From NCBI GenBank assembly GCA_963666985.2, contig CAXXIA010000002.1:1344001-1408000 (forward strand): a stretch of DNA of 64,000 bases. Direction: 5' to 3'. The stretch's first letter is position 1; the number at the start of each line of letters is the position of its first letter. Below, piece by piece: positions 6,528 to 16,970 of this stretch. Both the position numbers and the translations under genes were made by a program. The notes beneath the pieces were generated by a model. The model was not told the DNA's origin, made no database searches, and was given only the letters and a program-made list of their open reading frames with translations. The stretch comes from Spirochaetia bacterium. Lineage in GTDB: Bacteria; Spirochaetota; Spirochaetia; DSM-2461.

Positions 6528-8969
6528 TCACATCTCCAAAAACCTAAGATACGATTCCAGCTCTTCGGGAATCGTTCCGGATTTTTTCTCATAACCCCTC
6601 AGTTTTGCGTCAATCTTGGTTTTTTCTTTGTTCCGGCGATTTTCAAAACGAGCGGCCATGGCCGAAAAAGCCGGCTTTTTAGTCATTTCCTCCCGGATAT
6701 CCGCGGGAAACGGGCAAAACCGATAAAAAACGTCACGAGCGGCCGGATTCATCCGCATCCTGCCGAAGTATTCAAATTCAAGCCATGTGCCGTAGTCTTT
6801 CGCGAACCGATCTTTCTCTGATTTCGTCCGCTTAATAAATTCAGCCAGACGCTGCTTCGCTTCCGGACTGATATCGGGATTCTTCTGATAGAAAGCGATG
6901 TAATCGTAGTAGGCCCCGACCAGCCCCCCTTCAACCGGATCGGTCCAATTATGCCCGGCGATCGTCTTCTGAAGTTCCCAGCGGAAATAGGCAATCTGTT
7001 CCAGCAAGGCCTCCGCAAACTTCTCCGAGAAGAAAATCGGCATGAAAATTCTTCCGGGTGTTTTCTTTTTGGTTCCGTCCATCTCCTGCCACATCACGGC
7101 ACGTGAACCGAAACAGGGATAAAGGACGAAGTTGGGAATAACCTCCGACTGGATAAAATCCGTTCCCAAGCCATGTCTTAAAATCACCTGACGATAGAAC
7201 ATGGAATAATCCCGCGATTTGTATTTACCAACCTCCTTAACGATACGCTCAGGGTCGATAAAAAGCCTTCCGAGATCTCCCGTAATCAGCTCATCGGTCA
7301 GAAAAGGTAAGGACTTCTTACGGTTTCCGAAAAGCATTCCGCCGAGATCCGATGCAACCTGCCTGAGTTCAAAACGAACCCGGTCATCATGGTTATCTTC
7401 ATAAAGGAAAGCGGCGGCTTTTTCTTTGGGCGTCAATTTACTTTGAGCTTTCAGGATATAATCGAACGTATCGCCCATCTCCGTTACAGACGGCTGAACT
7501 TCTCCCTTATAGATTTTCTCAAGGAAATAGGGAAAGGTCATGACGGGAATCGATTCATCGGTGTAAAGGGCCGAGGCATAAGCGGCATCAACAGCGAGCA
7601 GTGCTTCTTGAGAAACAAGCCGTTCATCCACCAACCCCATGTGAAGCATAATGCCGGGAATAAAACTCTTCAGATCCGTCCCGACGGTCTTCAGAAAACA
7701 TCGTTCGTAGAGTTCCCAATACATCTCTCCGATTCGGGAGACGGACCGGACATCTTTCTTTTCGGCAGCATCGTCGAGCAGAGATGCAAACTCATTCCGG
7801 AATTCCTGCGAAGCCTCCGCAAAATCAAGAATCTTTCCTAAAAGTCCTTTATATTTCGGCAGCCGGCCGCTTGCCGCCGGTGCATTTTCGGAAACTTCAA
7901 TAACATCCTGAGACTCCTTGAACTCCCGAAACCGTCCCAGTGAAGCAAAAACCGAATAGGTTTTCAGCGGATCCGAACCGAGCAGATTGATGGCGTCTTT
8001 TCGAAACCGCAAAGAAAATTTGGCAAGGAAATGAAAGAAATTCTCGGCTTCCAAGCCTCCGTTTCTCCCTGAGATTACGACGGAATCCACCCAGCCGTTC
8101 TTCTCATACAGGCGATTAAGCAGAGAAAGGATGTCTCGAAGGATTTTCTCATTGGCCCGCATCATGGCCGTGATGGTCTCACCGAGAAAATCAAGGATAT
8201 AGCGATTCAGAGGTCCGTCGTTTGAAAGGAGAGCGGAAACAACAGAATCTTCTTTGTTTAAAAGCCGCTTGATGAAGGCGTACTGATTTGTATCGATGAA
8301 AGATTCCACTCTTTCGGCATCCCGGTCGGTATAAAGATCCAGTTTATCCTGGAGCTGCCCTTGAAAAAGGCTGTAATCCCATCTCTCGGGAGCCGGCAGA
8401 CCGGCGGCTTTGAGCCGACTCTTCAGAAAAGCCGTATACTCATCAAGAGAAGAATTTTCCCGAGAGGCTTTTTCAGGCGCATTTGCTTTGGCTGCGCCGG
8501 AACGGGCAAGAGCCAAGGAATCGGCGATGGAAGCCACTTTGTGCCATAAATAACGGTCGTTCCGGAAAAGGGAAAAACAGGTTTCGGCATGAACCGCGAG
8601 GCTCCTGTGAATCTTCAGCGCAAAAGACGTATCGGTACACATCTTCTTCGTTAATGTGTCGGAATCCATCGGACGAAGGCTTAAAACACAGTTCGTCAGT
8701 GTGCGAAAACTGAATGGATTCACCTCCCCCTCTTTCTGTACGGCGGGGAAGCCGAGAATCGTCTCGCCTTTTACAAAACCGACGCGAAGGGAGTTACGGA
8801 GAATCTCATCAAAATCCGTTTCCTCGGGGATTTTCTCACAGCTGAGGATTTCGACAATGCCGGAATAAATAACGATGCAGGCCCGCTCTTTCGTTCCCTG
8901 ACAAATCAGCACCGTCCCGGCGGGAACGTTCACGCGGCTGATTGCTTTTTGGGAATCAAGAATGTTCAT
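6528..8969 (-). CDS. Large cyclic-nucleotide-binding-like domain protein with a C-terminal region of unknown function
   Basis: N-terminal 'VPAGTVLICQG...IVIYSGIVEI...GETILG...FSFRTLTNC' cNMP-barrel pattern; 813 aa open frame. Confidence 0.75.
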   Translation of the reverse strand: MNILDSQKAISRVNVPAGTVLICQGTKERACIVIYSGIVEILSCEKIPEETDFDEILRNSLRVGFVKGETILGFPAVQKEGEVNPFSFRTLTNCVLSLRPMDSDTLTKKMCTDTSFALKIHRSLAVHAETCFSLFRNDRYLWHKVASIADSLALARSGAAKANAPEKASRENSSLDEYTAFLKSRLKAAGLPAPERWDYSLFQGQLQDKLDLYTDRDAERVESFIDTNQYAFIKRLLNKEDSVVSALLSNDGPLNRYILDFLGETITAMMRANEKILRDILSLLNRLYEKNGWVDSVVISGRNGGLEAENFFHFLAKFSLRFRKDAINLLGSDPLKTYSVFASLGRFREFKESQDVIEVSENAPAASGRLPKYKGLLGKILDFAEASQEFRNEFASLLDDAAEKKDVRSVSRIGEMYWELYERCFLKTVGTDLKSFIPGIMLHMGLVDERLVSQEALLAVDAAYASALYTDESIPVMTFPYFLEKIYKGEVQPSVTEMGDTFDYILKAQSKLTPKEKAAAFLYEDNHDDRVRFELRQVASDLGGMLFGNRKKSLPFLTDELITGDLGRLFIDPERIVKEVGKYKSRDYSMFYRQVILRHGLGTDFIQSEVIPNFVLYPCFGSRAVMWQEMDGTKKKTPGRIFMPIFFSEKFAEALLEQIAYFRWELQKTIAGHNWTDPVEGGLVGAYYDYIAFYQKNPDISPEAKQRLAEFIKRTKSEKDRFAKDYGTWLEFEYFGRMRMNPAARDVFYRFCPFPADIREEMTKKPAFSAMAARFENRRNKEKTKIDAKLRGYEKKSGTIPEELESYLRFLEM

Positions 8970-9331
8970 CTATTAATAGCAAGTCTAGTTCAACGTTCCG
9001 GAAATTATCCAATTAAGAGTTCTTTAAGTCGCGAATTAACTGATATTAATTCCAAAAATAAAAATAATCAACAGAGGCAAACATACAATTAATCCGATCG
9101 GCGGACGCAGAATAAATCAGTCTGCTTGAATATCGATACGCGCCTCCGAGCTGAAACCTTTTGGAAATACCGCTCGCCGTACCTGCTTCCGAATCCCTTA
9201 TAGCACCTTTGTTTCTTCCATATGGCACCATTTGCCGATTTAAAACCTCTTTTTACGGCGATAAATTTTGCAGGAAGGAAATTTCCTTCTTGAGCATGAG
9301 TTCAATCATGCCGTCGAACAGAGGTAATTCA

Positions 9332-12022
9332 ATGAATCTAAAAAAACTCCTGCCTTTCATGCTGGCGGTCCTTCCGCTGCAATTCCTTTCCGCTCAGAGT
9401 GTTGATATAAAAACATCGGCCGAACAGGATTTTTTTCGAAGCGATCCCCTCCCAAAGGAAATCCGATCCGAACGCAACCGGGTTTGGGAAGAAGTATCTC
9501 TTTCCCTCTTGGTGCGGGAAGTGGAAACCGAAGCCAACACCGCCGGACTGGAATCCTTCAGCCTGAATATTTCAGACAATGCCATTAATATCATTTACCG
9601 TGATATCCGTTTTTTACCGAATTCCTCGGAGCTCACTCCCGAAACCATCGAAAAAATTAAAAATCTTACCAATGTTTTAAGCCGTTTTTCCCAAATGAAC
9701 CTTCTGATTCAAGGGCATACCGCCAAACTTTCACCCAACGATACCAACGACGGTATGGAACTTTCCAGAGAAAGGGCAAAATCGGTGGCGGATGTTATAA
9801 CCCAAAACGGAATATTTCGGCCCGAACAAATTGAAGCCGTGGGAAAAGGGTTTTATGAACCTGTTGCTGATAATGAGACATCCGAAGGAAGAGCCTTAAA
9901 CCGCCGGGTTGAAATATCCGTTGTCGGTTCCGTGGAACAAAAATCAAGCAGCAGTGCGATCTGGTGGAACATGCTCAGCCATTCAATGAATCCGGGATAT
10001 ACCGCCTATCTTGTTCATAAGGATACTTCGGATGATGTCGAAGCCAAACTTGAAGAAGCGGGAATTGCCGGACTGATAGTGGCCGAAACCTCCGATGGAA
10101 TCGGCATTCTCGACAACACCATGACCTATCGGGAAGACGGATCGCCCGATGAACAAAGCATCGAAAGGATGAAGAAAATCGCGAGCCTTTTCTCTTCGTC
10201 TCAAAATAATATCGAAGCCAGAATCGGAGGATACGGATCGGATCTGCCGATCGAAGAAATTGAAGAACGCCACTTCTTAACAGCGTATACGTTAAACACC
10301 CTCGCCGGCTTCGAAGATGATCATATCATTTTCGGTTCGGAACCCTATGTTCTTGCGGAAGCAAGCGCCGAACTGGCCGCCGGTCAAGTTACTACGGTTA
10401 AGGGAGAGCCCGTTAACATACAGGGTTCCGGTTCTTCGTTCAGCGCGGTTGTTCCCTTTTCGGTGGATTCACTGATACTCGATATCACACCGGAAGATCC
10501 ATCAGCGGAAATTACAGGACTCCCTCAAGGGCCGGTAAAACTGACTCCCGGAGAAAACACAATTTCCATAACGGTAAAATCCCTCGCCAAATCTCAAACC
10601 TTAACCGGTGATTACAGCCTTACTGTGCTGAGAGAAGAAGCGGAACTCCAATCTCTGGCGGTATCGGCCAATGGTACACCGCTTCAAGTCGTTCCCGATT
10701 TTTCAGCCGAAACAAAGCAATATCAAATTGACGTTCCCTGTGAAATTGCCGAGATTGACGTTACACCCGGACTGCTGGCCGAAGATGAAAGAGCCGGCGC
10801 GGTTACGAATATCAAGAAGGATTATGGAGAAGAGCTGAATATCGGAGAGAATACCATTCACGTATCTCTTTCCGACGGCTCTACCGAAGATGAAATCTAT
10901 ACCATTACCGTTATTCGGGAAGCACCAATATTAACCACCCTTGATAAACTTTCGGTACAATCCGGTGATGAAGGGATGGAACTTATTCCTCCATTCAGCC
11001 CGGAAACAACATTGTACAAAATGATTGTTCCCTATTCGGTGAAATCCGTTTTCCTTAACACAATCCTCTCCGATGAGAGAGCCCTATTGCATACCGAGAA
11101 CGGCGAGATTCCGCTTGCCGTAGGGAAGAATGAAATTTCCGCCGAAGTTTCGGATCGGCGAGGTTCTTCGTCAACCCGTTACATTGTGATGATTGAACGA
11201 TCCGCACCGCTTCTTTCCAAATTGGAAATTGCCGAAGCGGACAAGACCGAAGAAATTACAATGTTTCCGGATTTTAAACCCGAAATTTCCGAATACACAA
11301 TTACGGTGCCGTACAAAACAAAAACACTTCAACTGGAAGCGGCCCTCGACAATGAAGACATTTCCGCCGGAGCTTCCGTGCAAATACTGCCGAACGGCAT
11401 GGAGGAGCTTCCGATTGGAACAACTCAAACAATCGTCCGAGTAACGGACGAAGAGGGAACTACCTATGATTATCCGGTTAATATAATCCGCGAAGAAAAG
11501 AAAGAACTCACCTTTGCTCTTGGAGAAATCAGTTTACTGCCCGAATGGTACGTAACACCTTCCCTATCATTCTATACCGGCGGGATCGGATTCAAACTGA
11601 ACGGCGGCATGACCGTAAGACCAACGGAAGATTCCGAAATAAACGACATGCTCAAACCATTACGAGCGGGAGTCGGTGTTCATTTTCATGCCGGAGCGGG
11701 AAATTACCTTACCATACTCTCCGGCGGCGGATACTTAAGTTTTGAATACATTTTAAAAACAGAGAGCTTTCTGCCCGTGCAGTGGTACATTCCCAAAACC
11801 ATTATTCCGAGACTGGAAACCGGATTCGCATATTACATGATTGATTACACCAAGGGAGTCTATCATAAAGGCGCGGCCTTTTATCTTTCGCCCGCGGTTA
11901 GAACCGACTTTGTTTTCTCCGGTCTTCCCGATATGACTTTCGGACTGGATCTTTCCTATACGGCCTATATCAGTTCCGTGTCGATTACCTACCTCAGCCT
12001 CGGTATCAACGTGGGCTGGTAA
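9332..12022 (+). CDS. Exported protein: N-terminal OmpA-like domain, ~4 cadherin-like beta-sandwich repeats, C-terminal putative beta-barrel
   Basis: Signal peptide after a gaggt RBS; 'IQGHTA...LSRERAKSV...G.G...PVADN...GRALNRRVEI'; repeats 'P.FS.E...Y.I.VP...L..G.N.I.V'; ends 'LSLGINVGW'. Confidence 0.85.
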   Translation: MNLKKLLPFMLAVLPLQFLSAQSVDIKTSAEQDFFRSDPLPKEIRSERNRVWEEVSLSLLVREVETEANTAGLESFSLNISDNAINIIYRDIRFLPNSSELTPETIEKIKNLTNVLSRFSQMNLLIQGHTAKLSPNDTNDGMELSRERAKSVADVITQNGIFRPEQIEAVGKGFYEPVADNETSEGRALNRRVEISVVGSVEQKSSSSAIWWNMLSHSMNPGYTAYLVHKDTSDDVEAKLEEAGIAGLIVAETSDGIGILDNTMTYREDGSPDEQSIERMKKIASLFSSSQNNIEARIGGYGSDLPIEEIEERHFLTAYTLNTLAGFEDDHIIFGSEPYVLAEASAELAAGQVTTVKGEPVNIQGSGSSFSAVVPFSVDSLILDITPEDPSAEITGLPQGPVKLTPGENTISITVKSLAKSQTLTGDYSLTVLREEAELQSLAVSANGTPLQVVPDFSAETKQYQIDVPCEIAEIDVTPGLLAEDERAGAVTNIKKDYGEELNIGENTIHVSLSDGSTEDEIYTITVIREAPILTTLDKLSVQSGDEGMELIPPFSPETTLYKMIVPYSVKSVFLNTILSDERALLHTENGEIPLAVGKNEISAEVSDRRGSSSTRYIVMIERSAPLLSKLEIAEADKTEEITMFPDFKPEISEYTITVPYKTKTLQLEAALDNEDISAGASVQILPNGMEELPIGTTQTIVRVTDEEGTTYDYPVNIIREEKKELTFALGEISLLPEWYVTPSLSFYTGGIGFKLNGGMTVRPTEDSEINDMLKPLRAGVGVHFHAGAGNYLTILSGGGYLSFEYILKTESFLPVQWYIPKTIIPRLETGFAYYMIDYTKGVYHKGAAFYLSPAVRTDFVFSGLPDMTFGLDLSYTAYISSVSITYLSLGINVGW

Positions 12023-12037
12023 AAAGGAGCATATATA

Positions 12038-14170
12038 ATGAATAAAAAGCTGAAACTATTGCTGATAACGATACCCATCATCATCGGCCTTGCGGCAATG
12101 GGCTGTTCCGATCTGAGCCGAATCGCCGCCGATGCGGAAAATGCTTTTGCCGTGTACCACATCCTGACCTTTTACGCGAATGACGGAAGCGGCACCACGA
12201 AAACACAGGCTATTGCCGAAGATTCCACGGCTGCCCTTCTGGCAAACACCTTTATCAACGCGACCGATAGCAGCCTGATATTTGCCGGCTGGTCCGCAAC
12301 TACCGACGGTTCCGTTGAATATGCCGATCGCGCAAACTACACCATGGGAACCTCCGATGCGGAACTCTACGCCATCTGGGAAGAAGGTCATGGCATCGCC
12401 TACACCCTTACCTATAACGGTAACGGGAACACGGGCGGCAGCGTTCCGACAGACAGTAATGCCTACGAAGAAGGAGATACCGCAACTGTTCTGGGCAACA
12501 CCGGAAGCCTTGTAAGAACCGGTTATGTATTTACAGGATGGAACGCCGAGTCCGACTTAAGCGGAACTGATTACGGTGCCGGTGCGACTGTAACCTTTGG
12601 ATCTTCCGATATAACCCTTTACGCCAAATGGGTACCGTCCTCTTCCATTATTTTCCAGGAAGATTTCAGTAATACCGGAGACCTTGACGGATCAACTCCC
12701 GATGTGGGAGGTAATTGGGCCTGCAACTCCGCTGCAGAGTCCTTTGAAGTTGAGACTGCCGGTGTTTTTGATACAAATACCGACAGCACCGAGGGGGCAT
12801 GTGTTTTTGCGGCTTTCGCCGATGGCGCTGTCCTTGGCCCGGGAGAAACCCTTACCCTCACCTTTGAAACAACTGTTACCGATGGAACCTTTGCATATAG
12901 CGACTGGGCTGGTTTCAGTCTGCTTTCCGGCTATACAAGTCCTTCAGCGAGCTATGATGAGCGTGTTTTTATGGGGAGTGCCTCCTCCGTCTCCGGCTGG
13001 GGAGTAGATCAGGCAGTTTTCGGCGGCATCAAAGGACTCTGCAGTGACGGCACGATTTTCAGCGATAGTGATGCTTATATTCCATCCGGGAAAACCAATT
13101 TCACCGATCAGACACAAACCTGCTATTTCACATATAACTATGACACCGGTGCCATGTTGTTTACAGTCGGCGGGTTTGAAATCAGTGGTGAAGGAAGCGA
13201 AACCTCAAAGAACTTTGCCCTTAACGCCGTTAGAATCGGGCACGCATCCACTACGGATATCGCCATTACCAATATCTACATCGATAAGCAGAGTGAAGTT
13301 ACTTACCACACGGTTACCTTCCATTCAAACGATGGAAACGATACAACATACACACAAAGCATAGCAGAAGACACAACGGCTAATCTTGATGCGGGTACAT
13401 TCACAAGAAGCGGCTATAGTTTTGCAGGTTGGAGCACAAGCGCAAGCGGATCACTAAACTATGCGGATGGCCAGGAATACACTATGGGAAGCTCGGATGT
13501 CGACCTGTATGCAGTATGGACGGATACCGACGATGTGCTGATAAAACTGACCTTCGACAATTCCAGCGATTATTGTGCCGACACTTCAGGAAACAGCAAT
13601 AATGGTATCGGTTACAACATGTATTACGCAGATGATGGAAACGGCGGTTACGCGGCATCTTTTAATGGATTATCCAGCTATATCGAACTTCCATACCAAA
13701 CTTTTGTTCGGGAAAACTTTACAGTAATGATGCGCTTTAATGTTGGTACAACTGGATGCGGAGCCCTTCTGGGTTATCAAAATGTAACCATCCCAAACAT
13801 ATCCAGTGTAACTGCGTTTATCCCAATAATTATCGTTCAAGATGATGGCAAGGTACGAGGGACACTCTGGACAGGGTCTTGGTCTCCCAACGGAGAAGAT
13901 ATAACAGTCTTATCGGATACAACTGTTAATGATGGGAACTGGCATACCGTTTACTTTTCAGCAAAAGCTAATTCTATTGCCCTATACCTTGATGGAGAAC
14001 AAGTTGGCGACATTGTTACAGGCACAGTAGGAGCCCTTAATATGTACTATAACCAAATTGGTACAGCTTACGGGAAAGACCGTGACACCAGCCTTAGCGG
14101 CGCAAGTGGTACCTATTACTTTAATGGCCTTATAGACAACTTTTATATGTACACCACGGCTTTACACTAA
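12038..14170 (+). CDS. Lipoprotein with three Listeria-Bacteroides (InlB B) repeats and a C-terminal LamG/concanavalin-like domain
   Basis: Lipobox 'LAAMG-C'; three 'T...N.G...F.GW...LYA.W' units; 'VNDGNWHTV...LYLDG...YFNGLIDNF'. Confidence 0.88.
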   Translation: MNKKLKLLLITIPIIIGLAAMGCSDLSRIAADAENAFAVYHILTFYANDGSGTTKTQAIAEDSTAALLANTFINATDSSLIFAGWSATTDGSVEYADRANYTMGTSDAELYAIWEEGHGIAYTLTYNGNGNTGGSVPTDSNAYEEGDTATVLGNTGSLVRTGYVFTGWNAESDLSGTDYGAGATVTFGSSDITLYAKWVPSSSIIFQEDFSNTGDLDGSTPDVGGNWACNSAAESFEVETAGVFDTNTDSTEGACVFAAFADGAVLGPGETLTLTFETTVTDGTFAYSDWAGFSLLSGYTSPSASYDERVFMGSASSVSGWGVDQAVFGGIKGLCSDGTIFSDSDAYIPSGKTNFTDQTQTCYFTYNYDTGAMLFTVGGFEISGEGSETSKNFALNAVRIGHASTTDIAITNIYIDKQSEVTYHTVTFHSNDGNDTTYTQSIAEDTTANLDAGTFTRSGYSFAGWSTSASGSLNYADGQEYTMGSSDVDLYAVWTDTDDVLIKLTFDNSSDYCADTSGNSNNGIGYNMYYADDGNGGYAASFNGLSSYIELPYQTFVRENFTVMMRFNVGTTGCGALLGYQNVTIPNISSVTAFIPIIIVQDDGKVRGTLWTGSWSPNGEDITVLSDTTVNDGNWHTVYFSAKANSIALYLDGEQVGDIVTGTVGALNMYYNQIGTAYGKDRDTSLSGASGTYYFNGLIDNFYMYTTALH

Positions 14171-14180
14171 ATAAACAATC

Positions 14181-14210
14181 ATCAGCCCGCTTCCTGCGGG
14201 CTGATATTTT
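14181..14210 (+). terminator. Intrinsic terminator
   Basis: atcagcccgc-ttcct-gcgggctgat followed by atttt. Confidence 0.75.
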
Positions 14211-14240
14211 ACACGAACATAAATATAATGGGATTAAAAG

Positions 14241-14903
14241 ATGACAAACGTTTTTATTGTAGACGACCATAAGATTCTTATCCCCGGAATAAAAATGATT
14301 GTGGAATCCCTGCCCAATTTTTCTGTTGTCGGAGATGCCAACGACGGAATTACGGCCGTAAAGGAAATAACTCAGCTTAAACCTGATATCTGTATCGTCG
14401 ACTTATCCATTCCGCTTCTAAACGGATTCGGAGTTGCCCGGAAACTCATTGAAGGACATATTGATTCCAAAATCATTCTTCTTACCTCCTATGTTGATGA
14501 TTCTCTGATTTCCAGGGCCCTTCAATACAAAATCGCCGGATATGTACTGAAAGAAAACAATACCGAAGAACTCAAAAGAGCATTAACGGAAGTTCGGGAA
14601 GGCAACCGGTATTTCACCCCCAGTGTTATGACAAAAATGGTGAACAAACTGGAACAATTTGAAGCGGAGAACTCCGCCGAGCAGGAAAAAAAGATTCACT
14701 CTCTTACTCCGAAAGAACAAGATGTTCTGATGCTTGTTGCCAACGGAATGAGCGGGAAACAGATTTGCAGCGAACTGAATATAACAGAATCCACCATGAA
14801 GAAACATAAAACGAGTCTTTTGAAAAAAATGAAAGTGAGTACAACCAACGAGCTGATCGCTTTAGTTAACAAGGACACTCGGATTGCAAGGCTCTTTACA
14901 TAA
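14241..14903 (+). CDS. NarL/LuxR family response regulator
   Basis: 'FIVDDH', 'PDICIVDLSIP', 'GYVLK'; C-terminal LuxR HTH. Confidence 0.93.
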   Translation: MTNVFIVDDHKILIPGIKMIVESLPNFSVVGDANDGITAVKEITQLKPDICIVDLSIPLLNGFGVARKLIEGHIDSKIILLTSYVDDSLISRALQYKIAGYVLKENNTEELKRALTEVREGNRYFTPSVMTKMVNKLEQFEAENSAEQEKKIHSLTPKEQDVLMLVANGMSGKQICSELNITESTMKKHKTSLLKKMKVSTTNELIALVNKDTRIARLFT

Positions 14904-16839
14904 CCGGAGGCTGCCTCCCCGCAAAAAAAAGACTCTTTTTCTTCTGCTTCTATTTGTATCCGTATGCGTATCCGCAAGCGGAGCAGCCGTTCAGAATGAA
15001 CTCAACTGGGACGGGAACCTGATTATAGGTCTTTCCGGCCGCTGGGATTTTTACTGGAATGTTTTACTGGAATCATCGGAAAACAGGCCGGTTGGGATAA
15101 CCCCGTATTCCTTTCCCTTTAAAGGATCGTGGCATGAACACACCGCCGGAAAAAATCAGCTTCCCGTATACGGCTGCGGAACTTATCAGAAAACAGTTAA
15201 GCTGTCTCCGGAGAAAGGAAAACATGTTGTACTCAGGCTTCCGCCGATTGATATCGCGGTAAGGGTTTACTGCAACGGAATTGAATTATACGCAAATGGA
15301 GAAATCAGCCAAGCAGCCGAAAAAACAGTCGTTAAAGATTATAAACCTGTATTAAGGGAACTCACCTCGGAAAACGGCATCTACGATATTTGCATTCAAA
15401 CAGCTAATTTTGATCTGCCCCGATTCGGCCTCTACAGCATTCCAATTATCGCTCCCATTGAAAAAGCTTTTCAAAGACAAACTCTGGCGACTTCAGCGGA
15501 TGCTTTTACGGCGGCAACAATGCTGATTATAGCGTTGTTCCATATCATGGCAGGCTTGAAAATCAAACACAACAAATGGTGTTTCCATCTGGGGTTTTCC
15601 TATATTGCCGCCATGTTTTTCCTTTTGGTTAATGGAGAAGTTCTTCTCTGCCAAATCGGACTGCCCCGATTTTATGATTGGAAGATTCATTATCTGGCCA
15701 GATTCCTCAGCTCCTTTTTCTTTATCAGGTATATTCTGGATTTCTTCATTATTAGAACTCCGGAGAAGATACTGAAAATCATCAATGCCGCCGCCGTTTT
15801 GTTATCCGTTTTTTTTATTGTTTCCGGACCGTCCATCCTTCCAAGATTTTATTTATTCTCCGCGCTATTTTCAGCCGGAACCGTTTTATTTGCGTTAGCG
15901 GCTTCCGTCAGGGCTCTCATTATCCGTTCCGGATATGCCGTACCTTTTTTTGTATCCAGCCTGATTCTGACTTTTTTTATGGCTCTGGACATCATGTACA
16001 ACCCTTCGGGCTGGCCGATTCTTAACAACTGCAAATCCATTATCGGTTTACTTCTGTTCGGATTAATTCATTCATTTATCCTTATGGATATGCTGGGAAA
16101 ACATGTCGACACAATCGAAAATCTTGTTGATGAACGCACAAAGGAATTGGAGATTTCTCTCTGGAGCCAAGCCAGACATGCCAGCATGGGTGAATTAATG
16201 AATTTTATTGCTCATCAGTGGCAGCAGTACCTTTATGCCATTTCCATTTACATTGAGAGTTTGCAATCAAAAAAAGAAATGCCGCTAAAAAAACGGGCAG
16301 AAGTCTACGGCACTATCGCGGAAGCTGTTCAAAGCATGTTTTCCACTCTTAAAGATTTTCGCAGTTTTTTAACTCCTATCAAAGAAACCGAACGATTTTC
16401 AGTCTTCGAGGAATGTCGGAAAGTCTGTACATTACTGCAAGATTTCTTTCTTCCCCGGGAAATTGAAGTATCCATAACAGCGCAGGGAGATACTTCTATC
16501 CGTGGAATAAAAAACGAATTGGAACAGGTAATCCTGAATATCCTAACCAATGCGGCGAACACTTTTGAACGACGAATGATTGAAGACCGTTCCATTTCCA
16601 TTAAAGCGGAAGGACAAGATAAAAAGGTTATCATATCCATGGAAGATAATGCCGGGGGTATTTCAAAAACCATCCGGTCCCGAATTTTTGAACGGTATAA
16701 TACATTCGGAGAAAGCGGTTCGGGACTGGGATTGTATATGTCAAGAAGAATTATACGAGAACGTTTCGGCGGAGAATTATTTTATAAAGATGGACATTCC
16801 GGGGCCATTTTCGTTATAGAGCTTCCCCGTAATTTTTAA
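14884..16839 (+). CDS. Sensor histidine kinase with a periplasmic sugar-binding-like domain and a 7TM-DISM-like region
   Basis: 'LSGRWDFYWN', about 7 TM helices, H-box 'FIAHQWQQ', 'ILNILTNA', 'EDNAGGI', 'GSGLGLYM'; TTG start is uncertain. Confidence 0.88.
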   Translation: MQGSLHNRRLPPRKKKTLFLLLLFVSVCVSASGAAVQNELNWDGNLIIGLSGRWDFYWNVLLESSENRPVGITPYSFPFKGSWHEHTAGKNQLPVYGCGTYQKTVKLSPEKGKHVVLRLPPIDIAVRVYCNGIELYANGEISQAAEKTVVKDYKPVLRELTSENGIYDICIQTANFDLPRFGLYSIPIIAPIEKAFQRQTLATSADAFTAATMLIIALFHIMAGLKIKHNKWCFHLGFSYIAAMFFLLVNGEVLLCQIGLPRFYDWKIHYLARFLSSFFFIRYILDFFIIRTPEKILKIINAAAVLLSVFFIVSGPSILPRFYLFSALFSAGTVLFALAASVRALIIRSGYAVPFFVSSLILTFFMALDIMYNPSGWPILNNCKSIIGLLLFGLIHSFILMDMLGKHVDTIENLVDERTKELEISLWSQARHASMGELMNFIAHQWQQYLYAISIYIESLQSKKEMPLKKRAEVYGTIAEAVQSMFSTLKDFRSFLTPIKETERFSVFEECRKVCTLLQDFFLPREIEVSITAQGDTSIRGIKNELEQVILNILTNAANTFERRMIEDRSISIKAEGQDKKVIISMEDNAGGISKTIRSRIFERYNTFGESGSGLGLYMSRRIIRERFGGELFYKDGHSGAIFVIELPRNF

Positions 16840-16970
16840 AAACCTGAACGATTAACATTTTCAGGCGCCGGATTCATGGAAAAAGATTTAAAAATACTTA
16901 GAGTTCCAATGAATGCGCCGATTCGGAAAACCACTTCGAACGGCCATACGGATTCAAGCCGTCCCAAGAC

